NCBI GenBank assembly: GCA_038063815.1 | Contig: JBBTUJ010000001.1 | Span: forward strand, 4,980-66,256 | Origin: Patescibacteria group bacterium | Lineage (GTDB): Bacteria; Patescibacteriota; Minisyncoccia; Phycocordibacterales; EsbW-18 | Direction: 5' to 3' | Length of the DNA stretch: 61,277 nt | Part shown: in pieces, positions 55,992 through 61,277 of the stretch | Layout: every line of letters starts with the position of its first letter | How positions within the stretch are numbered: position 1 is the stretch's first letter | Notes under the pieces: model-generated | Told to the model about the DNA's origin: nothing | Database searches by the model: none | Seen by the model: the letters and a program-made list of their open reading frames with translations, nothing else | Program-made: the position numbers and the translations under genes

Positions 55992-56240
55992 ATGACCCCA
56001 GAAGAACGAAAGATGCTTGAAGAAACACTCGCGCTTTCTCGCGAGAACAATATCGTACTTAAGAAATTGCGTCGAGGAGCGCTATGGGGGAGAGCGATGC
56101 ACCTTCTCTATTGGGTAGTCATCATTGGGACAACGGTTGGTGCATTTTACTTCCTGCAACCGCTTCTCGATCAGTTTGGAAGCATCTACGGAGGCTTTCA
56201 GGGAGCGGAGTCCTCATTCCAAGGACTTTTTGGAAACTAG
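55992..56240 (+). CDS. Small single-TM hypothetical protein
   Basis: 'MTPEERKMLEETLALSRENNIVLKKLRR' followed by a TM helix. Confidence 0.7.
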   Translation: MTPEERKMLEETLALSRENNIVLKKLRRGALWGRAMHLLYWVVIIGTTVGAFYFLQPLLDQFGSIYGGFQGAESSFQGLFGN

Positions 56241-56267
56241 AGTATCTTTGTGCTAATCTACTTTTGT

Positions 56268-56425
56268 TGCCGAGGTATGGCTACATACCTCGGCAGTACG
56301 CGGACCACATGATGTAGAGGGCTCGAGCTCACATCATCTCGGTGTCGATCAAAAATGAAAGCGAGCTTTCCTTTTTGCTCTTACCTCGATGACTTCGCTC
56401 TCGCACAGAGCACACCGCGTGTCAT
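56268..56425. other. Structured intergenic region with a tRNA-Phe acceptor-mimic hairpin
   Basis: 12-bp hairpin tgccgaggtatg-gcta-catacctcggca, plus further stems (acgcgg/ccgcgt, atgatgt/acatcat, gctc/gagc). Confidence 0.5.
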
Positions 56426-56433
56426 CCTTGTTC

Positions 56434-56510
56434 GCCGAGGTAGCTCAGTTGGTTAGAGCACTTCTCTGAAGAAGAAGGGGTCGGCGGTTCGAATCCGCCC
56501 CTCGGCACCA
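56434..56510 (+). tRNA. tRNA-Phe(GAA)
   Basis: Anticodon arm cttct-ctgaaga-agaag, encoded CCA. Confidence 0.95.
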
Positions 56511-56770
56511 TTTCGGAAATAGCAAGTTTTTAAGGGTTGCCTCGCTTCGCTCGGCGACTAATTTGAATTGGATTTTCGGGGCAAAAACAATCGGCTTGGA
56601 CCATGTTTTAGGAGAAAGAAGAAAAGAAATTTTTTAATCACTGAATTCATAACTTTTAAGATAAGAAACGGCAGAGGTGCCGATTTTTTGTTGGGCTTGA
56701 CTTTTATCTGGTTTCGTGTATTATAGTAAGTGGCACCTAAGAAAATGGGTGGCCAGAAAGGGGGATTGTT

Positions 56771-57079
56771 ATGGACCATAACAATCTTGAAGGTCAGCAG
56801 AAGTGCCCACACAGTCAGTGTCGCCACGGCATGTGCCTTGACCACGGGCCGGAGTGGGAGAACGTCGGTGAGAAGCGGTGCGAGCTCAATCCGGGAGTCT
56901 TCGGCAAGAAGACCTACTGGATGAGTCGCCACTGCGGACAACCCATGGCGCGGTACAAGGAAGTCCAGACGCGGCGGTGTCGCAAGTGTGGCAGAACCGA
57001 GGATCACGTCACGAACTACCACCTCGCACTCTGCCTCTGCTGCGGCTACCACTTCGACAACATTCCGGACGACTACTAG
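56771..57079 (+). CDS. GC-rich Cys/His-rich small protein (possible Zn-binding)
   Basis: 102 aa with CPHSQC, HC, CRKC and CLCC; SD-like aaggggg; upstream TTGACT-N16-TATTAT (56697-56724). Confidence 0.55.
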   Translation: MDHNNLEGQQKCPHSQCRHGMCLDHGPEWENVGEKRCELNPGVFGKKTYWMSRHCGQPMARYKEVQTRRCRKCGRTEDHVTNYHLALCLCCGYHFDNIPDDY

Positions 57080-57294
57080 GTACGACCGGTCGTCGGAGTG
57101 TTCCAACCGGGGTTGCGGGAGAAATCTCGCAGCCCCTTTCCATTTTTATAATTTTTTGATAAATTGAATTCACACTTGACTTGCCGCCAAAGAAAAATTG
57201 GAAATTGTTAAATCTCGCGGCGAAGCCACTCCAAATTCGCGAGGGATTCCTCGGCAAAATGCGTCCGAACTAATTCAAAAATACTGCACAGTAT

Positions 57295-57525
57295 ATGGCA
57301 AACAAAATCGCTTTCTTTTTTCTGGCGTTGGTTGTTACGGGTTTCTTAGGTGTTCTTGGGTGGGTTCTTCTGGCTACGTGGGGCGGTGGTTATGCTGAGG
57401 ATTTTATTGCTTTCGGTACACGCGGCTATGAGGCAACGGGTATTATTGGATGGTGGGTAGGAATAGTTATTGGGGTAGTTGCGAGTATCTTTGTCTATAA
57501 AAGGATTTTTAAATCTACGCAATAA
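57295..57525 (+). CDS. Small two-TM membrane protein
   Basis: 76 aa with two hydrophobic, Gly-rich helices. Confidence 0.6.
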   Translation: MANKIAFFFLALVVTGFLGVLGWVLLATWGGGYAEDFIAFGTRGYEATGIIGWWVGIVIGVVASIFVYKRIFKSTQ

Positions 57526-57534
57526 CACTACGGG

Positions 57535-57574
57535 AAACTTTAAAAAACCACCTCGAGGTGGTTTTTTAAAGTTT
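57535..57574. terminator. Perfect 40-bp palindrome between convergent genes
   Basis: aaactttaaaaaaccacctc|gaggtggttttttaaagttt. Confidence 0.85.
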
Positions 57575-58031
57575 AGATCGTCTTGATACGAAGTTTTGTT
57601 TGTTTCTGCTTATCTATCTTCGGGAGACGTATCGTCAAAAGCCCATGCTTTACTTCGGCAATGGCTTCTTCGGACTTTACCTCGGCGGGGAGGAGAATCG
57701 TTCGTGAGAACGAACCCCAGTAGAGTTCTTTGTGGAAGAAATCACTCTCGGAAAGCTCATACGCTTCGCTCCGTGATCCGCGAATGGTCACCATCTCTTG
57801 ACTAATCGAGACATCGAGCTCATTTGGATCAACACCAGCGACCATTGTCTTGATGACGATTTCTGTTGGTGTCTGGCTCACGTCAACTGCAAGTTCTGCC
57901 TCCTGTTCTTTCTCTTCGGCCATCTTTGATACTGCGTCATTTCGTACGGGAATACGCGATTCTCGTTCTACAAAAAATTCATCATCTGTGTTTATTGCAC
58001 CTGTCAGGCGTTGAAAGAATGAACGTCTCAT
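57573..58031 (-). CDS. Hsp20/alpha-crystallin small heat-shock protein
   Basis: 'LAVDVSQTPTEIVIKTMVAG', 'ELYWGSFSRTILLP' and 'GLLTIRLPK'. Confidence 0.93.
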   Translation of the reverse strand: MRRSFFQRLTGAINTDDEFFVERESRIPVRNDAVSKMAEEKEQEAELAVDVSQTPTEIVIKTMVAGVDPNELDVSISQEMVTIRGSRSEAYELSESDFFHKELYWGSFSRTILLPAEVKSEEAIAEVKHGLLTIRLPKIDKQKQTKLRIKTI

Positions 58032-58033
58032 AC

Positions 58034-58117
58034 TAGAAGTTAGATGTTAGAAGTGTGAAGTTAGTAATTGGTTTTGGTTCAGTTGTTGTTTTGATTTACC
58101 TGCCTGCCGCAGGCAGG
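58034..58117. repeat. 7-nt tandem tract plus REP-like palindrome
   Basis: tagaagt-tagatgt-tagaagt-gtgaagt (58034-61) and cctgcctgccgcaggcagg (58099-58117). Confidence 0.65.
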
Positions 58118-58121
58118 CGAT

Positions 58122-58832
58122 TCAGGATTCGTGTTTCATGATTTGTGCCGTTCGTCGGATGTGTTTGATTCGTTCAAAAACAATGAGAAGGCCGATGATC
58201 GCTATCCAGATGAAGACGAATACGGCAAACATCCCCTTTGATCCTGTGTGTAGTATAAGAAAATTGAACAAGGCATGCAACGCGACTGCCCCCACGATAC
58301 CGAGAAGGGCGTGTTCAATGCGGAGTACCTCTTTTTGATAGAAAGAAAAGGCAACAGCGGCACCAATGATACCAGAGGCGAGGATGTGCAGAAGTGTTGT
58401 CCCAACGAAGCGGACGTTGATTGTAATGAGGCCTGTGAACACCTCTCCTGCGATGAATGGTTCAAGAATAAAGAGCGTGTTCTCTGCAGCGGCAAAACCG
58501 AGCGCGGCAGTGATGATGTATATCAGCGCGTCAATGGGCTCGTCTTCCGCTTGTGTGTGCATGCCACCTATATACGCCGCTCCGTATTTGAGAATTTCTT
58601 CAACAAATGCCCACCCCACAAATATCCACAGAGGAGCGGAAGCGACAGAGGAAATGAGACGCTCGAAGGGAACAGCAAGAGGCACAGCGCACATACCAAG
58701 GACAAAGCAGGCGAGAATCAAATGTGGCGGCTCGGGATGTCTCTGATCTTCCCGAAGCCAGAACCACAGCCATACCAATGTCGGTAAGATGCCTCCGAGT
58801 ATCGCCCATAGGATTGCGGTTGATGAAAGCAT
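58122..58832 (-). CDS. PrsW family intramembrane metalloprotease
   Basis: 'EDQRHPEP', 'VEEILKY', 'ALGFAAAENTLF', 'LLHILASG' and 'LHALFN'. Confidence 0.92.
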   Translation of the reverse strand: MLSSTAILWAILGGILPTLVWLWFWLREDQRHPEPPHLILACFVLGMCAVPLAVPFERLISSVASAPLWIFVGWAFVEEILKYGAAYIGGMHTQAEDEPIDALIYIITAALGFAAAENTLFILEPFIAGEVFTGLITINVRFVGTTLLHILASGIIGAAVAFSFYQKEVLRIEHALLGIVGAVALHALFNFLILHTGSKGMFAVFVFIWIAIIGLLIVFERIKHIRRTAQIMKHES

Positions 58833-58833
58833 A

Positions 58834-60966
58834 CTATTCTGGCCAAGATGAGATCATAAGAAGTTTTTTATCGGGAACGGGTATGTGTTCCCAGATCTCT
58901 TCCGTGATAAACGGCATAAACGGATGGAGAAGGAGGAGGCAGGTGCGAAGAATCTCGAGGAGGAGTGCCTTGCGGGAGTTTTTGGCCAGAAGGTCGTTTC
59001 CTTGGAGTAAGGGTTTGCTCTCTTCGATAATGTCATCAGCAAGCGTATGCCATACATAGTGGTACAGTTTTTCTCCCGCCATATAGAAACGATACTCGTC
59101 GATATTTTTTGTAACCTCTCGTATCAAGTTTTGTAACTCTTGTACACGACCTGTGTCGGTTTCTGTGTACGAAACATCTTTTTCGAGAGGGCTCTCCTCA
59201 CAGTTCTCAAGAACAAAGCGGGTAATATTCCATATTTTATTTGCAAAGAGCTTATACGCCTTAATCTTGTCTTCATAGAGTGCCGTCGTCGTGCCTGGCG
59301 TGTTACCAATGGTGAGGGCCATGCGTAGAGCATCAGTGCCATATTTGTCTGAAAGCTCAAGAGGACTGACGACATTGCCGCGACTCTTGCTCATTTTTTG
59401 ACCGTCTTTTGCTGTGACGATGCCGTGGAGATACACGGTAGTGAAGGGGAGTGTGCCTGTGCGATAGAGTCCGAACATAAGCATTCTGGCAACCCAAAAG
59501 AAAATAATCTCTCCGGCGGTCTCCATTACTTGTGTTGGATAAAAGGTTTTGAAATCAGTACTTTTAGGATACCCAAGGGCCGCAAATGGCCACTGACCGG
59601 AGGAGAACCACGTGTCAAAAGTATCTGTCTCGCGTACCCACCCATCACCCTCAGGTTTTTCCTTGCCTACACGTACCTCATCATCTCGATACCACGCAGG
59701 GATAGGAATGCCCCACACAATCTGTCGGGAGACGTTCCAATCCTCAATGTTGGTCAACCAATGGAGCATGATTTTTTTGTAATGCTCCGGGTAGAATGTT
59801 ATTTCATCACGTTCAATTGCTTGGATAACGGGCTGTGCAAGTGACTTCATGTTTACGAACCACTGCGGTAAAACCCGGGGCTCGAGTACGCGCTCGCATT
59901 TGTAGCAGGTTTTGACCGTATGCTTATATTCGGGATCGATTTTTTCAAGAAGCCCGGCCCTTTCTAGGTCTTCTGCAATGATTTTTCTTGCCTCTTCGAC
60001 TTTTAGTCCAGCATACTTTCCGCATTTTTCGTTGAGCTTTCCATACTGATCGACAACTTCAACGATAGGTAGGTTGTGCCGCAGAGCAACGAGAAAATCG
60101 TTTGGATCGTGGGCTGGAGTGATTTTCACGACACCTGTTCCAAACGCGGGGTCAACATATTCGTCAGCGATGACGGTAAGTGTAACGGGGCCGATAAGAC
60201 CCTCGAACTTGATTTCTTTCCCGATCCATTCTTGGTAGCGCGGATCATTAGGATGTACAGCAAGTGCAGTATCACCGAATTTTGTTTCGGGACGTACGGT
60301 GGCGAGCACGAATGGTCCGTACTTCATGTAGTAGAGAGGATCAACACGTTCTTCGCTCGATGTTTCGAGTTCTGAAAGAGATGTCTGATGTTTTGTGCAC
60401 CAATTGACACTTCGTTTGCCGCGGTATACAAGGTTATCCGCATGGAGTTTCTCGAATGTGTCATACACGGTATCGATGACATCGTCATCGAGTGTGAATT
60501 TTTCACGACTCCAATCGCACGACGCACCCAACTGACGGAGTTGTCCCTCCATGAATGATTTGTTCGCAAGCGTGAACTCCATGATCTCGGCACGGAGTTT
60601 TTCGGGATCCATACCAAAACGCGTGCGACCTTCTTTCTCCAGTTTCTTTTCGTACACTACTTGTGTTTCAAAGCCTGCGTGGTCGGCACCAGGGAGCCAC
60701 AATGCTTTTTTTCCACGCATCCGCTGGTAACGGATAAGAAGATCTTCAATCGTTACAAATACCGCATGCCCTGCGTGGAGGGAGCCGTTTGCATTTGGCG
60801 GTGGCATGATGATCGTATATGGATCTGTGTGCCGCCGAGGAAGGTTGTCGGGGTTGAAAAAACCGCTTTTTTCCCATACTTGGTAAATCTTCGGCTCAAC
60901 GTCTCGTGGAGTATAGGGCTTCAGGAATTTTTCAGGGACCATGTCGTCAATAGTATCATTTTTCAC
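58834..60966 (-). CDS. valS: Valine--tRNA ligase (compact, lacking the C-terminal coiled coil)
   Basis: MPPPNANGSLHAGH, GADHAGFETQ, W(N)VSRQIVWG, DTWFSSG, KMSKSRGN and LLHPFMPFITEEIW; 710 aa. Confidence 0.97.
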   Translation of the reverse strand: MKNDTIDDMVPEKFLKPYTPRDVEPKIYQVWEKSGFFNPDNLPRRHTDPYTIIMPPPNANGSLHAGHAVFVTIEDLLIRYQRMRGKKALWLPGADHAGFETQVVYEKKLEKEGRTRFGMDPEKLRAEIMEFTLANKSFMEGQLRQLGASCDWSREKFTLDDDVIDTVYDTFEKLHADNLVYRGKRSVNWCTKHQTSLSELETSSEERVDPLYYMKYGPFVLATVRPETKFGDTALAVHPNDPRYQEWIGKEIKFEGLIGPVTLTVIADEYVDPAFGTGVVKITPAHDPNDFLVALRHNLPIVEVVDQYGKLNEKCGKYAGLKVEEARKIIAEDLERAGLLEKIDPEYKHTVKTCYKCERVLEPRVLPQWFVNMKSLAQPVIQAIERDEITFYPEHYKKIMLHWLTNIEDWNVSRQIVWGIPIPAWYRDDEVRVGKEKPEGDGWVRETDTFDTWFSSGQWPFAALGYPKSTDFKTFYPTQVMETAGEIIFFWVARMLMFGLYRTGTLPFTTVYLHGIVTAKDGQKMSKSRGNVVSPLELSDKYGTDALRMALTIGNTPGTTTALYEDKIKAYKLFANKIWNITRFVLENCEESPLEKDVSYTETDTGRVQELQNLIREVTKNIDEYRFYMAGEKLYHYVWHTLADDIIEESKPLLQGNDLLAKNSRKALLLEILRTCLLLLHPFMPFITEEIWEHIPVPDKKLLMISSWPE

Positions 60967-61213
60967 CTCTTTTTCTCTGCGCGAAAAGAGACCGCACGTT
61001 TTTATTTACAAGAAGGGAGGTGTTCATAATCTGTGGACAAGGGTGTCTTTTATTTTGGCAAAAATCTAAAGGACATTTATGAATATCAAGGATGGGTTGT
61101 CTACCACCTCTTGTTAGTACGACCTCAAATATGCAAGGGGAGTTATATTGCTATTAATCACAGATATGGTATAATGCGAGACGTTGTAATGTCCCTGGTA
61201 TCATAACTTCAGC

Positions 61214-61277
61214 ATGATCATACGTCACATAAAAAACTATCTCATTCCCCATTCTGGAAACAATAATCGACCGCATC
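61214..61277 (+). CDS. Partial CDS running off the window (possibly a CAP/SCP-domain protein N-terminus)
   Basis: MIIRHIKNYLIPHSGNNNRPH...; extended -10 TGGTATAAT upstream. The family guess rests on recalled similarity only. Confidence 0.35.
   Translation, partial: MIIRHIKNYLIPHSGNNNRPH

Noticed and set aside
56558-57106. 182-aa minus-strand ORF
   Set aside because: It is antisense to the Cys-rich ORF that has a promoter and SD, and its C-terminus runs through low-complexity intergenic DNA.
57249-57256. attR of a tRNA-Phe-integrated element (cctcggca)
   Set aside because: Only an 8-bp match to the tRNA 3' end, with no integrase in the interval; not distinguishable from chance.
2595-58068. 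CRISPR array
   Set aside because: The repeats are degenerate 7-mers without unique spacers or constant 23-47-nt repeats, and there are no cas genes.
1-61277. Alternative genetic code (UGA=Gly, as in Gracilibacteria/Absconditabacteria)
   Set aside because: leuS, nrdA, nrdB and others end at TGA at the expected lengths under code 11, and tRNA-Trp has a CCA anticodon.

Overview
This 61.3-kb window looks like a Patescibacteria (CPR, Parcubacteria-like) chromosome segment; the taxonomy is inferred from the short IF2, compact ValRS, tandem VirB2-like pilins and CPR-type repeats. It uses the standard genetic code. The core backbone carries ychF, leuS (with an inserted Nudix domain), mltG, gyrA, six tandem pilins, rbfA, infB, an iscS-like gene, clpB, rpmG, nrdAB, rnpB, murJ, lepA, hsp20, prsW, valS and 9 tRNAs. 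A ~16.4-kb integrative element (38394-54807) sits just downstream of tRNA-Gly(CCC), bounded by a 12-bp direct repeat (GACCGAACGGCC). It carries a large serine recombinase, an ABC-ATPase/TOPRIM-like candidate defence protein, a type III restriction-modification pair, two further DNA methyltransferases and an ImmR/ImmA-like switch. It also carries a complete diversity-generating retroelement (DGR): RT, an inverted avd, a 115-nt template repeat, and a target gene whose variable repeat differs at 16 positions, all template adenines. No capsid, tail or large-terminase gene is present, so the element looks like a satellite or defence island. The most novel-looking signals are: (i) a structured RNA motif present twice in the element with compensatory stem changes, one copy forming a possible SD-sequestering switch on the RM methyltransferase; (ii) 7-nt-periodic hairpin elements that have entered LepA in frame and RNase P RNA; (iii) tRNA-fragment mimics next to tRNA-Tyr, -Gly and -Phe; (iv) an unassigned ~235-nt structured RNA before rpmG. 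All family calls come from reading motifs by eye; no database searches were run.
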